Below, piece by piece: positions 1 to 9,712 of a DNA stretch of 31,899 bases. The translations under genes were made by a program, and so were the position numbers. The notes under the pieces were generated by a model. That model was not told where the DNA came from and did not search any database. It was given only the letters and a program-made list of their open reading frames with translations. The DNA is from Ignavibacteriales bacterium (GTDB taxonomy: Bacteria; Bacteroidota; Ignavibacteria; UBA10030; UBA6906). The stretch is taken from assembly GCA_037441705.1 (NCBI GenBank), contig JBBIRR010000042.1, forward strand, positions 1 to 31,899. The letters are read 5' to 3'. Each line of letters begins with the position of its first letter. The stretch's first letter is position 1.

Positions 1-512
1 AGCACAGCTCGGGTGAGTATCGCTTCGTTCTGAAGGATACCTCCTCCAACTGGACACAGTATCAGGTCATCATCACTGTGCCCGATAACGCCGTCCGCGC
101 TGTCTCCGTTCGGCCTCGTGCCTTCCCCCTCTGGACGGGCATCTCCTACTACGACGACTTCGCAGTCAATGCGATAGACGTCGTGACCTCGGTCTCCGAT
201 CCGGGACCCACACCCGTCGGCACACACCTGCCGAAGGCGTATGCCCTCGAGCAGAACTATCCGAACCCGTTCAATCCAACAACCACCATTACCTACGACG
301 TTGCCACGATGGGTGAGATACGACTGAACATCTACAACATCATCGGGCAAAAGGTTCGCACGCTGGTCAATCAGGTACAGCCTGCGGGCCGATGGTCGGT
401 AGTGTGGGATGGCCGGGATGACTTTGGTAGTGCCGTTACGAGCGGCGTGTACTTCTATCGGTTGGAGACATCGGGCGTGGCACTGACGCGCAAGATGGTA
501 CTTCTCAAGTAA
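1..512 (+). CDS. Secreted protein with FlgD-Ig/T9SS type A C-terminal sorting domain (5'-partial)
   Basis: Frame is open from position 3 (HSSGEYRFVLKDTSSNWTQY...), so the gene starts upstream of the window. C-terminus LEQNYPNPFNPTTTI...WDGRDDFG...SGVYFYRL...KMVLLK is a typical CTD. The preceding segment (W..Y...G..YYDDF) looks like the end of a CBM-like beta-sandwich. Confidence 0.85.
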   Translation, partial: HSSGEYRFVLKDTSSNWTQYQVIITVPDNAVRAVSVRPRAFPLWTGISYYDDFAVNAIDVVTSVSDPGPTPVGTHLPKAYALEQNYPNPFNPTTTITYDVATMGEIRLNIYNIIGQKVRTLVNQVQPAGRWSVVWDGRDDFGSAVTSGVYFYRLETSGVALTRKMVLLK

Positions 513-523
513 TACGTTCCGTC

Positions 524-569
524 TGTGGGCGCCGCGGCGTGCGGCGTACGCGAACCGCGCGCGCCCACA
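524..569 (+). promoter_or_regulatory. Intergenic GC-rich stem-loop (mRNA stabiliser or partial terminator)
   Basis: tgtgggcgc (524-532) pairs with gcgcccaca (561-569), extended by cgcgg/ccgcg. No U-tract follows. Confidence 0.45.
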
Positions 570-597
570 TTGACTCTCTCATCACTGAAGGTGAGCT

Positions 598-3216
598 ATG
601 GTCATGCGATTTTGCTTCGTCACATCCCTCTGCCTGCTCGCCACATGCCTTGCCCGCGGCGGTACAACCGGCAAGATTGCCGGCAAGGTTGTGGATGCCG
701 CAACACAGGAACCGCTGGTGGGCGTGAACATCCTCGTTGAAGGAACAAAGCTCGGAGCGTCAACCGACGCAGACGGTCTCTACGCCGTCATCAACATTCC
801 GCCCGGCACATACACTGTTGTTGCATCAGCCATCGGATATCATCCGTCGCGCATCACCAAAGTCCACGTTTCAGTTGATCTCACCACCACGCTGAATTTT
901 ACGTTGAACGAATCCTCGGTTGCGCTTGGCGAGGAGATCACCGTGGTTGCCGAACGTCCGATGGTACAGAAGGATTTGACCTCCAGCTCTGCAAAAGTCA
1001 CTGCGGAACAGATCAAGGCATATCCCGTTGAAAACGTGTCGGCACTGATCAATCTTCAGGCGGGAGTTGTTGAAGGCCACTTCCGCGGAGGACGCAGCGG
1101 CGAAGTCCTCTACCTCATTGACGGCATCCCGGTCACCGATGCATACTCGGGCGCATCGGGGGTTACGGCGGAGACCAACGCAATCCAGGAATTGGAAATC
1201 ATCAGCGGCACGTTCAACGCCGAATACGGGCAGGCACTTTCGGGCGTCGTGAATCAGATTACAAAAGAAGGCAGCGGGCAGCTGCAGGCAGATATTTCTG
1301 CGTACACGGGCGACTACGTCAGCGCACACACAGACCTGCTTCCGAACATCCGTCGTGTCCGTCCGCAGGACGTGTATAATGTCGAGGGCAATATCAGCGG
1401 GCCGTTGTTTCCCGGCGCCACGTTCTTTTTCTCAGGGCGGCTGTATTACAACGATGGATGGTTGTATGGAAGGCGGATCTTCCTGCCGACCGATTCCTCC
1501 AATTTCAGTTCGAACGACCCGTCGCAGTGGTATGTACAGCGATCCGGCGATAGCGCGTATGTGCCCATGAACCCCGATCGGCGCTGGACAACTCAAGCAA
1601 AAATCACCTTCAATCTTTTTGGTGATGATAAGCTCCGACTCAATGTCTTGCATCAGGAAAACAGCTATCGCCGATACGATCATCGATACAAATACAATCC
1701 CGACGGCACGTATCGAAACTTCGGGAAGGGGACACTGGGAAGTCTGACGTACACCAAAGTGTTGAGCACATCGAGCTACATCGAGGCGAGCGCAGCATGG
1801 TTCAGCAATCGGGAAGATTCCTATGTGTATGAAGACCCGCTCGATCCTCGGTTTCCTCCGTACACGCGGCGACTGGCGACAGGAGGGTCGGCGTTTCTGA
1901 CCGGAGGCGCGGAGGATCTGCATCTGCACCGCGAGTCTCGATACATCGGCGGGAAGTTCGACATCGTTAGTCAACTCACACCGGAGCACCAGATCAAAGC
2001 GGGAGGCGAACTGAAGGCACATCGGCTCTGGATTCACAACTTCGGTATCCGCAACGATCAGAGCACAAACTTCAAGCCCGAGATTGTGGAGTTTGGACGA
2101 TCACAGTTTGCTCATCAGATTCTGCGGCCGTTGCAGATCGCCGCGTACGCTCAGGATAAGATGGAGTTTCGAGATTTTATCGTGAATGTCGGTGTGCGTT
2201 TCGATTACTTCAACCCCAAAGCCAAAGTTCTTCTCCAGCAACTTCGGTTGGGGCAGCAGCCGGTGCTCGCCGTCGCGCCGACGGAAAGCCAGATCAGTCC
2301 GCGCATCGGCATCTCCTACCCCATTACCGATCGAGGAGTGCTGCACTTAGCGTACGGACACTTTTTCCAGATTCCGCAGTTCGATCTGATGTACTTGAAT
2401 CCTGCGTACAACATCAACGCCACGGATGCATTTCAGGTGGGCAATCCCGGCCTCAAATCGCAGCGAACCGTTGCTTACGAATTGGGACTTCAGCAGCAGC
2501 TCAGCAACGACATCAAGCTCGACGTGACCGGCTACTACAAGGACTTTCGCAACCTTGTCGGAACGGAGATTTTCGACATCGGCAACGGAAACAAATACTC
2601 GCAGTACGTGAACCGGGATTACGGGAATGCGAAAGGCATCATCATCTCGTTGGAAAAGCGGCACACGCACGGATTCTCGGCGACGCTGGACTATACCTTC
2701 CAGGTTGCTCGCGGCAATGCGTCCGACCCCAATGCGGTGTTTCTCGATAACCAGACCGACCCGCCGCGGGAGAGTCAGAAACAACTTGCGCCTCTGGATT
2801 GGGATCGGAGACACTCGCTCAACGTTACGGCCACGGTCGGTTCCTTGCAGGATTTTACCGTCACCATCATCGGCAAACTCGGGTCGGGCCTGCCTTACAC
2901 GCCGGCGCTGTTCAACCAGCGAACCGGATTGCTCAACAGCGAAACGCGACCAACAAACGTGACCGTTGACCTCTACGCCACAAAATATCTCGATTTCTTC
3001 GGCTCTCCCGTCAACATCTTCATCAAGGTGTACAACCTGTTCGATACGAAGAACGAGCTTGACGTCTTCAGCGATACAGGACGTGCAACGTACAGTGTTC
3101 AGGCAAATTACGAAGGCATGCCGCGCGGTATCAATACGATTCAGGAGTATTACACACGGCCCGACTTCTATTCGGCTCCACGGCAGGTGATTGTTGGGCT
3201 TGGGATTTCATTCTAA
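598..3216 (+). CDS. TonB-dependent receptor with N-terminal carboxypeptidase-regulatory-like domain
   Basis: Signal peptide; GKIAGKVVD..T.EPLVGVNI...TDADG.Y N-domain; EEITVVAERP; plug motifs RGGRSGEVLYLIDG and FNAEYGQALSGVVN; barrel motifs SPRIGISYP and GNPGLK; C-terminal Phe. Start may be 604. Confidence 0.93.
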   Translation: MVMRFCFVTSLCLLATCLARGGTTGKIAGKVVDAATQEPLVGVNILVEGTKLGASTDADGLYAVINIPPGTYTVVASAIGYHPSRITKVHVSVDLTTTLNFTLNESSVALGEEITVVAERPMVQKDLTSSSAKVTAEQIKAYPVENVSALINLQAGVVEGHFRGGRSGEVLYLIDGIPVTDAYSGASGVTAETNAIQELEIISGTFNAEYGQALSGVVNQITKEGSGQLQADISAYTGDYVSAHTDLLPNIRRVRPQDVYNVEGNISGPLFPGATFFFSGRLYYNDGWLYGRRIFLPTDSSNFSSNDPSQWYVQRSGDSAYVPMNPDRRWTTQAKITFNLFGDDKLRLNVLHQENSYRRYDHRYKYNPDGTYRNFGKGTLGSLTYTKVLSTSSYIEASAAWFSNREDSYVYEDPLDPRFPPYTRRLATGGSAFLTGGAEDLHLHRESRYIGGKFDIVSQLTPEHQIKAGGELKAHRLWIHNFGIRNDQSTNFKPEIVEFGRSQFAHQILRPLQIAAYAQDKMEFRDFIVNVGVRFDYFNPKAKVLLQQLRLGQQPVLAVAPTESQISPRIGISYPITDRGVLHLAYGHFFQIPQFDLMYLNPAYNINATDAFQVGNPGLKSQRTVAYELGLQQQLSNDIKLDVTGYYKDFRNLVGTEIFDIGNGNKYSQYVNRDYGNAKGIIISLEKRHTHGFSATLDYTFQVARGNASDPNAVFLDNQTDPPRESQKQLAPLDWDRRHSLNVTATVGSLQDFTVTIIGKLGSGLPYTPALFNQRTGLLNSETRPTNVTVDLYATKYLDFFGSPVNIFIKVYNLFDTKNELDVFSDTGRATYSVQANYEGMPRGINTIQEYYTRPDFYSAPRQVIVGLGISF

Positions 3217-3225
3217 GGGTGATGT

Positions 3226-6200
3226 ATGAAGCAAGGTTTTCGTTGGCTGCTGGCCGTAGGTTGTCTGCTCGTCTCGGCATGGCACTCTCCCCTTGTCGCG
3301 CAGCGTTACATCGATCCCAACAAGGGCAACATCATCTACACCAAACGCGGGATCATGGATGGCAACAACGTACGTACGATCTACTTCAATCATGGAGAGA
3401 TCGCTCATTGGCCCGATCAGCCTTCCGGAGAGTGGCCGAAAGGCACGGGCCATACGTACGTTGACGGCGTGGCGGTGATTGTTCAAGCGGAGACGCGCGA
3501 CTCCTCCGGCCGCGTGATTCATCCTCTGGAAACAAACTACCGCGAGTTCATCCGCAAGGACCCCATCACGGGGATTCCCTGGGGGTGGGCACCGCTGCCG
3601 GGCTACGCGAACCCAACACAAAGCGAACCTGCACGCAGCGATAAACCTGACACCTGGCCCTCGACCTGGCCCGACCGTTCGCCCGAGTGGAACGGGCTGT
3701 GGAACGGTTTCTTCGGACGCGGCATCCTCAATGCGGATGTCGAAACCTATTTCCGGATGGACGACGCACCGGACAAGCAGTATGCCTACTGGCCCGATCC
3801 GGGCGATAGTTCTCGCGGCGGCCTGGGGCTTCAGGTGGCAGTGCGCGGTTTCCAGTGGTCGCAAGTGCTGGCTGCCGATGTTATCTTCTGGTATTATGAA
3901 ATCACCAACATCGCGCAACAGGATTATACCAAGACGGTGTTCGCACAGTATGTGGATTGGGGAATCGGCGGGAATCAGGACTCCAGCGACGACCGGGGAT
4001 TGTTCGACAAGGAACTCGACATTGCTTATGCCTTCGACGGTGACGGTATCGGCCAACCGGGAAACTGGGGCCCGACGGGGTACGCCGGCTATGCTTTCCT
4101 CGAGAGTCCGGGCATCGCCGTCAACAGCGTTGACGATGACGACGATGGAATCGTTGACGAACTTCGCGATAACGATGCAGGCATCAGACTTTCGGGGCGA
4201 GAAGCGGTCGTCGCGTACATACAATCCCACTACAACGTGCAAAAGTTCCTGAGTTTCTTCAACTATGACAGTCTGGGCGATGTGCCGGCCGTGCAACAAG
4301 GCTACGGTTGGACGGGCGACGAGAATTTGAACTGGCTCGGCTTCGCCGACCTCAACGGTAACGGCGTGTGGGATAACGGCGAGCCGTTGAACGACGATGT
4401 CGGCGCCGATGGCCTTGGACCCTTCGATGCAGCCTATCCGGGTCCCGATCCCGACGGCACGCAGGGCAACGGCAGACCAGAACAGGGCGAACCGAACTTC
4501 GGCATTCTCGACAAAGACGAATCGGATCAGATCGGCCTGACGGGATTCAGCATCTTCCCCGTTCACTTCTACGAGTTACACAACGACGAACAGAACTGGG
4601 AGGTGTTGACGACGTTGATCGACACGACGGGCGTGCAGCAGCTCAATGATGTCAATCTTGGAATGTTCTTCTCGGCAGGTGCACGACCACAGGGGAGTTT
4701 TCCGGGGAATCTTTTCCCGATGCGGCGACTTGCGACCGAGCGCTTCTCCATGGCGCTTCTGTTCGGAAATGATCGCGACGATCTCGTCCGACGCAAGAAG
4801 ACGATTCAGCAAATCTACAACGCGAATTATCGCTTCGCCAAGCCGCCCGATCGTCCTCGACTGACCGCGGTACCCGGGGATCGCAAGGTGACGCTGTATT
4901 GGGATGATGGAGCCGAACGATCGTATGACCCCTTCCTGCGCGAGCATGATTTCGAAGGCTACCGCATCTATCGCAGTACCGATCCCAGCTTTCTGGAAAG
5001 CATGTTGATTACCGACGCGTTTGGAAAGAAGACATTCCGAAAGCCGATTGCGCAATTCGATCTGAAGAATGGTAAGAAAGGCCTCCATCCTATTGACGTC
5101 AATGGCGTCAAGTTCGATCTGGGCAACGACACGGGGCTGCGCCATACCTATATTGATACCGATGTTCAGAACGGCCAGACCTACTACTACGCCGTTGTCT
5201 CGTATGATTACGGGCTTGTGACCACGACGGCGACGGGGCAGCAGGACGGCATCCCGCCCTCGGAATGCACCAGCACCATCAATGTGGACATCAACAATAA
5301 TGCGAAGACGGATATCAACACAGCCGTGGTCATCCCACGTGCGCCCGCAGCGGGTTACGTGGCGCCCGGCGTTGACGGTCAGATTCTTCACGAAGGACCC
5401 GGAACCGGGCGTCTGGATGTTGCCGTTCTCAACCCCAACCTGCTGAAGGATGGGCATATCTATCGTCTCACCTTCAGCAACGCAAGTGCGTTCCAGAACA
5501 ACCCCATCCCCACCTTCACGATGACCGATGAAACGGATCGGCGCATCCTGGTCACCGATCACCCCGTCAGCGCACCGGGCGAGGAAACGCCCATTGTTGA
5601 TGGAATGATCGGATACGTGTTCAACGACTCTGCTGTGACAATCAATGCCGATCGTACTCGGTGGAATGCAAACGATATCATGACGACACGCGTGCGGCTG
5701 GACGAGACGGGCGCATTCACGCTGCTGAATGTCCGCTATCCTGCAGATTTCGAAGTGCGGTTTTCGAGTACCATCGTTGACACGTCGGCCAGCGGGTTGT
5801 TCTTCGGCGCGCCGCCGGCGAGACCCGTGAATTTTACGGTGTTCAATACCACTGAAAATCGGAAAGCCCAATTTCTTTTCTACGATCCCGATAACAGCGG
5901 CACATTCACGCCCGGCGATCGCATCATTATTGTGTATGGGGACAGTCTCGGAAAGCGTCCGGAGCCCGGCAACTACCGTCCGACCTGGAGCGTGCAGATA
6001 TATTCCGACACGGCGCAACCGAATTTGCGATTGCCGCGTGCGGGCGATGTGTTGACGATCGCGACAACAAAACCGTTCCGCACCGGCGAGGCATTTCAGT
6101 TCAAGATTCGTGGAGCGAGAACCGACCCGAATAAGGCTAAATCGGATCTGGAGCGCATTGCCGTTGTGCCGAATCCTTACGTGGGGGCAGCATCGTGGGA

Positions 6201-6462
6201 GCCGCCGAATCTTTTCCGTGCCGGCCGGGGCGAACGCCGCATCTACTTCGTGAATCTTCCGGCCAAGTGTACTATCCGCATCTACACGATGAGCGGCGCA
6301 CTCGTCCAAACACTGCATCACGACGCCACAGTGGATAACGGACAAGAACCGTGGAACCTTGTGACACGAGACGGGATGGATCTCGCCTACGGCGTGTATA
6401 TCTATCATGTCGAGGCGCCGGGCATCGGTGAGCGGATTGACAAGTTTGCAATCATCAAGTAA
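3226..6462 (+). CDS. Large secreted protein (acidic Ca-binding-like loops, FN3-like domain, atypical T9SS-like CTD)
   Basis: Signal peptide ending PLVA-Q; DxDxDG-type motifs; FN3-like segment PRLTAVPGDRKVTLYWD...FEGYRIYRS...NGQTYYYAVVSYD; C-terminus IAVVPNPY...RIYFVNLP..CTIRIYT..G.LV...GVYIY.V...KFAIIK. Confidence 0.8.
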   Translation: MKQGFRWLLAVGCLLVSAWHSPLVAQRYIDPNKGNIIYTKRGIMDGNNVRTIYFNHGEIAHWPDQPSGEWPKGTGHTYVDGVAVIVQAETRDSSGRVIHPLETNYREFIRKDPITGIPWGWAPLPGYANPTQSEPARSDKPDTWPSTWPDRSPEWNGLWNGFFGRGILNADVETYFRMDDAPDKQYAYWPDPGDSSRGGLGLQVAVRGFQWSQVLAADVIFWYYEITNIAQQDYTKTVFAQYVDWGIGGNQDSSDDRGLFDKELDIAYAFDGDGIGQPGNWGPTGYAGYAFLESPGIAVNSVDDDDDGIVDELRDNDAGIRLSGREAVVAYIQSHYNVQKFLSFFNYDSLGDVPAVQQGYGWTGDENLNWLGFADLNGNGVWDNGEPLNDDVGADGLGPFDAAYPGPDPDGTQGNGRPEQGEPNFGILDKDESDQIGLTGFSIFPVHFYELHNDEQNWEVLTTLIDTTGVQQLNDVNLGMFFSAGARPQGSFPGNLFPMRRLATERFSMALLFGNDRDDLVRRKKTIQQIYNANYRFAKPPDRPRLTAVPGDRKVTLYWDDGAERSYDPFLREHDFEGYRIYRSTDPSFLESMLITDAFGKKTFRKPIAQFDLKNGKKGLHPIDVNGVKFDLGNDTGLRHTYIDTDVQNGQTYYYAVVSYDYGLVTTTATGQQDGIPPSECTSTINVDINNNAKTDINTAVVIPRAPAAGYVAPGVDGQILHEGPGTGRLDVAVLNPNLLKDGHIYRLTFSNASAFQNNPIPTFTMTDETDRRILVTDHPVSAPGEETPIVDGMIGYVFNDSAVTINADRTRWNANDIMTTRVRLDETGAFTLLNVRYPADFEVRFSSTIVDTSASGLFFGAPPARPVNFTVFNTTENRKAQFLFYDPDNSGTFTPGDRIIIVYGDSLGKRPEPGNYRPTWSVQIYSDTAQPNLRLPRAGDVLTIATTKPFRTGEAFQFKIRGARTDPNKAKSDLERIAVVPNPYVGAASWEPPNLFRAGRGERRIYFVNLPAKCTIRIYTMSGALVQTLHHDATVDNGQEPWNLVTRDGMDLAYGVYIYHVEAPGIGERIDKFAIIK

Positions 6463-6473
6463 GAGGTGGTGCC

Positions 6474-7526
6474 ATGAACAGGATGAGGCACATCGGAAAG
6501 CTGAAGGTGGCCGTGAGCGCCTTGACCATTCTTTTCTTCCTTGCTGCGGACCGGGGCGCAGCGCAAAGCGTCTCCAAAGCGGGCACGACGTCAGCCGTGT
6601 TTCTGGAGATTCCTGCGGGCGCGCGTGCCATCGCAATGGGCGGAGCGTTCGTCGCTACGGCGAACGATGTTTCGAGTCTGTACTGGAATGTTGCGGGCAT
6701 TGCTCGTCTGTACCGCAACGAGGCACTCTTCTCGCACAACGCATGGCTTGCCGATACACGTTTCGACTTCGCGGCGCTTGCTGTGCCGCTGGAGAGCTTC
6801 GGGACGCTCGGCCTCAGTTTCACTTCGCTTTCGATGGACGATATGATCGTACGAACCGTGGAACGACCCGAGGGAACGGGCGAACTGTTTAGCGCGGGAA
6901 GTTTCGCGGTCGGTGTACATTACGCACGCAATCTCTCCGAACAATTCAGCATCGGTTTCACGGCTAAGTACATCTCCGAATCCATCTGGAACATGCGCGC
7001 GCAGGCATTCGCCATTGATGTCGGCACGTTGTTCACGACCCATTTTCTCAACGGCATGCGCATCGGCGCGCAAATCTCCAACTTCGGCACCGATATGAAG
7101 CTTTCCGGACGCGACACGCGAACATTCCATCCCATCGATCCGAACAAACTTGGCAGCAACGATCGTATCCCGCAGAACATCGAAATGGATAGCTGGCACC
7201 TGCCGCTCAATTTCCAGTTCGGCGTCGCGCTCGATGCAATCAACAGCGACGACCATCTCCTGACGCTGGCGCTCGACGCGCTTCACCCAACCGCCAACTA
7301 CGAAAGTATGAACGTCGGCTTCGAATACGGATTTCGCAACACCTTCTTTGTTCGCGCGGGATTCCGCTCCCTGTTCCTGCAGGATCGTGAAGGAGGACTC
7401 TCGGCCGGCGCCGGCGTCCTCACCAGTCTCTTCGGCGAGCAGATCAAAGGACGGGTGGACTATGCCTTCCAGGATTTCGGACGTTTGAAGTCGGTTCATG
7501 TACTTGCCGTCTCCGTCCTGTTTTGA
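6474..7526 (+). CDS. PorV/PorQ (UPF0164)-family outer-membrane beta-barrel
   Basis: Signal peptide ending GAA-Q; FLEIPAGARAIAMGGAFVA..NDVSSLYWN.AG hallmark of the PorV/FadL-like N-terminus; amphipathic strands; C-terminal Phe; SD gaggt upstream. Confidence 0.85.
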   Translation: MNRMRHIGKLKVAVSALTILFFLAADRGAAQSVSKAGTTSAVFLEIPAGARAIAMGGAFVATANDVSSLYWNVAGIARLYRNEALFSHNAWLADTRFDFAALAVPLESFGTLGLSFTSLSMDDMIVRTVERPEGTGELFSAGSFAVGVHYARNLSEQFSIGFTAKYISESIWNMRAQAFAIDVGTLFTTHFLNGMRIGAQISNFGTDMKLSGRDTRTFHPIDPNKLGSNDRIPQNIEMDSWHLPLNFQFGVALDAINSDDHLLTLALDALHPTANYESMNVGFEYGFRNTFFVRAGFRSLFLQDREGGLSAGAGVLTSLFGEQIKGRVDYAFQDFGRLKSVHVLAVSVLF

Positions 7527-7533
7527 ACCGACA

Positions 7534-8835
7534 ATGCCTATGAAGATTGTGCCGATTGTTCTGGCCGTATGTGGATTGCTTGGTTGTCGTCAAGAACAGA
7601 TGTATGATCAAGCCCCTCCGGGGTTTGTCGAGCTGACCTACTGGCCTGCCCCGAACCAGCAGGAAGTACAGCTTGCCGACAGCCTCGTTCGAAAGTGGAA
7701 TCGCCTGCACCCGACCATCCGCGTTCGTATGCAGCCGATTCCCGTCAGCCAATCAACGGAGGAAGTTCTTCTGGCAGCTATTGCAGGCAAGACCACTCCC
7801 GACATCTGCTCCAATATATGGCCGGGGGCACTGCACGAGTACACGCGAGCAGGCGGCCTCATCGCCCTCGATCAGTTTCCAGACTTCGACTCCGTTATTT
7901 CCTCGCGAACATCGCGCGAGCTGCTGCTGAGCTTCCGCAGCGACGATGGCCATGTCTATCAGATACCATGGAAGACCAATCCTGTGATGATGTTTTTCAA
8001 TAAACGTCTGCTGCGCGAGGCGGGAATCCAGAACGTGCCACGAACTTTTTCCGAGTATCTTGCTGCCGGCATGCGCGTCACGAGAGATCGCGACGGCGAC
8101 GGTCAGATTGATGTGTGGATGGGAGAACGCGATATTCGACCGATCTGGTGGCAGCGTCTTTTCGATTTCTACCCCTTCTACATCGCTGCATCGCACGGCC
8201 GAACGCTGTTCCACCGCGGCGTCGTCTCCTTCCAGAACCGCGCGGCGGAACAGGTGATGGCGTTCTTTCAAGCTTGTTACTCCATGCGTCTGTATCCCCG
8301 TACGTTTTTCCAGGGCGGCGACCCGTTCTTGCTGGAAAAGAAAGCGACCCACTTCAGCGGACCGTGGGAGATTGCCGCCATCGAGAAGTTCGCTCCGCAC
8401 ATGGATTATGGCATCGCGCCGCTCCCCGTCCCCGACGATCATGACGGACCTGTGTACACTTATGGAGATTTCAAGAACATCGCCCTGTTTGCCAATACGA
8501 AGCACCCGCGCGAAGCATGGGAGTTCGCGAAGTTTCTTGTGCAAGCCGAACATGATGCGTTGCTCCTGGAGATTTGCAACCAGATTCCGGTTCGCAGCGA
8601 TCTTATGGAGAACCCGCTGTTCGGTGAGTACTTTGCGCGCCGCCCGATCATGCGCGCGTTTGCTCAGCAGTTACGCTTCACGCGCGGCGTTGATGCAGTG
8701 CCCGACCTGAAGGAGATTCTGGACGCCATCTCGCAAGAGTACGAAGCCTGCGCCGTCTACGGAACGAAGTCTCCGGGTGAAGCCGTTCGTTCGGCTGCGC
8801 GCCGGGCGGACATCATCATCGAATGGAACAAGTAA
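7534..8835 (+). CDS. Sugar ABC transporter solute-binding lipoprotein
   Basis: Lipobox LLGC; AIAGKTTPDI, YQIPW...MFFNK.LL.EAG, GPW, YGIAPLP and AWEFAKFL motifs of the CUT1 SBP family. Start 7534 or 7540. Confidence 0.9.
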   Translation: MPMKIVPIVLAVCGLLGCRQEQMYDQAPPGFVELTYWPAPNQQEVQLADSLVRKWNRLHPTIRVRMQPIPVSQSTEEVLLAAIAGKTTPDICSNIWPGALHEYTRAGGLIALDQFPDFDSVISSRTSRELLLSFRSDDGHVYQIPWKTNPVMMFFNKRLLREAGIQNVPRTFSEYLAAGMRVTRDRDGDGQIDVWMGERDIRPIWWQRLFDFYPFYIAASHGRTLFHRGVVSFQNRAAEQVMAFFQACYSMRLYPRTFFQGGDPFLLEKKATHFSGPWEIAAIEKFAPHMDYGIAPLPVPDDHDGPVYTYGDFKNIALFANTKHPREAWEFAKFLVQAEHDALLLEICNQIPVRSDLMENPLFGEYFARRPIMRAFAQQLRFTRGVDAVPDLKEILDAISQEYEACAVYGTKSPGEAVRSAARRADIIIEWNK

Positions 8836-8839
8836 CGCC

Positions 8840-9712
8840 ATGAGTCTTCGCTCCGTCATCCGCAATCCCGGCTATTGGTTTGCTCTCCCCTACGCCGTAT
8901 TCTTTCTTGCGTTTGTCGCGTATCCGTTATGCTTTTCGTTCATTCTCATCTTTCATCGCTGGAACATTGTCATGCCGATGGAGTGGATCGCTCTGAAGAA
9001 TTTTGCCCGCCTGACACAGGACTCTCTCTTCTTCAAAGCGTTGACCAATACACTAACATTTCTCGTGATCCACATTCCATTGCAGATTGTGGTTGCCCTC
9101 GGTTGCGCGATGCTGTTGAACACGAAACTGCGTGCGCGTGGTTTCTTTCGTTCGATCTACTTCCTGCCCGTCGTCGTCTCCGGCGTCGCCGTCACCATTC
9201 TCTGGCAGCAATTGTACGCGTACGACTACGGTGTTCTGAACACGCTGCTGCGCACCGTCGGTCTGCCACCTATCCCCTGGCTGGTTGACTCTTCATGGGC
9301 AATGCCGTCGATTGCCCTCATGGCAACATGGAAAAACGTGGGCATTTACATCGTGTTATTTCTTGCGGGATTACAGAACATCCCCGGAGAGTTGTACGAA
9401 GCCGCGAGCATAGACGGCGCAACACCGGCGAAGCGTTTCTGGTTCATTACTCTTCCCATGCTCAATCCCACGATTGTTGTCATTGTCGTGCTGTCCACCA
9501 TCGGAGGCTTCTCGCTGTTCATCGAGCCGTACGTTCTCACGGGCGGCGGCCCGATGCAGAGCACGCTCTCGGCCATGCTCTACATCTACAATCAGGCGTT
9601 TACGTTCGGCCACATGGGCTATGCAGCAACGTTAGGGTTTGTATTTGCAACGATGATTCTGATTGTAGTGCTTCTGCAGCGGAGACTCGTTGAGACGGAG
9701 CCGAACCTATGA
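8840..9712 (+). CDS. Sugar ABC transporter permease (MalF/UgpA-like)
   Basis: Multiple TM helices; EAA loop LQNIPGELYEAASIDGA; LTGGGP. ATG at 8840 lies just after the SBP stop. Confidence 0.93.
   Translation: MSLRSVIRNPGYWFALPYAVFFLAFVAYPLCFSFILIFHRWNIVMPMEWIALKNFARLTQDSLFFKALTNTLTFLVIHIPLQIVVALGCAMLLNTKLRARGFFRSIYFLPVVVSGVAVTILWQQLYAYDYGVLNTLLRTVGLPPIPWLVDSSWAMPSIALMATWKNVGIYIVLFLAGLQNIPGELYEAASIDGATPAKRFWFITLPMLNPTIVVIVVLSTIGGFSLFIEPYVLTGGGPMQSTLSAMLYIYNQAFTFGHMGYAATLGFVFATMILIVVLLQRRLVETEPNL

Noticed and set aside
598-6462. Classical SusC/SusD pair
   Set aside because: The receptor lacks SusC signature motifs; the downstream protein has no lipobox-type N-terminus, is twice SusD size and ends in a CTD.
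3208-6636. Long minus-strand ORFs (452 aa and 686 aa)
   Set aside because: They are antisense shadows of the 1078-aa gene, with no recognisable motifs; such ORFs are expected from codon bias in GC-rich DNA.
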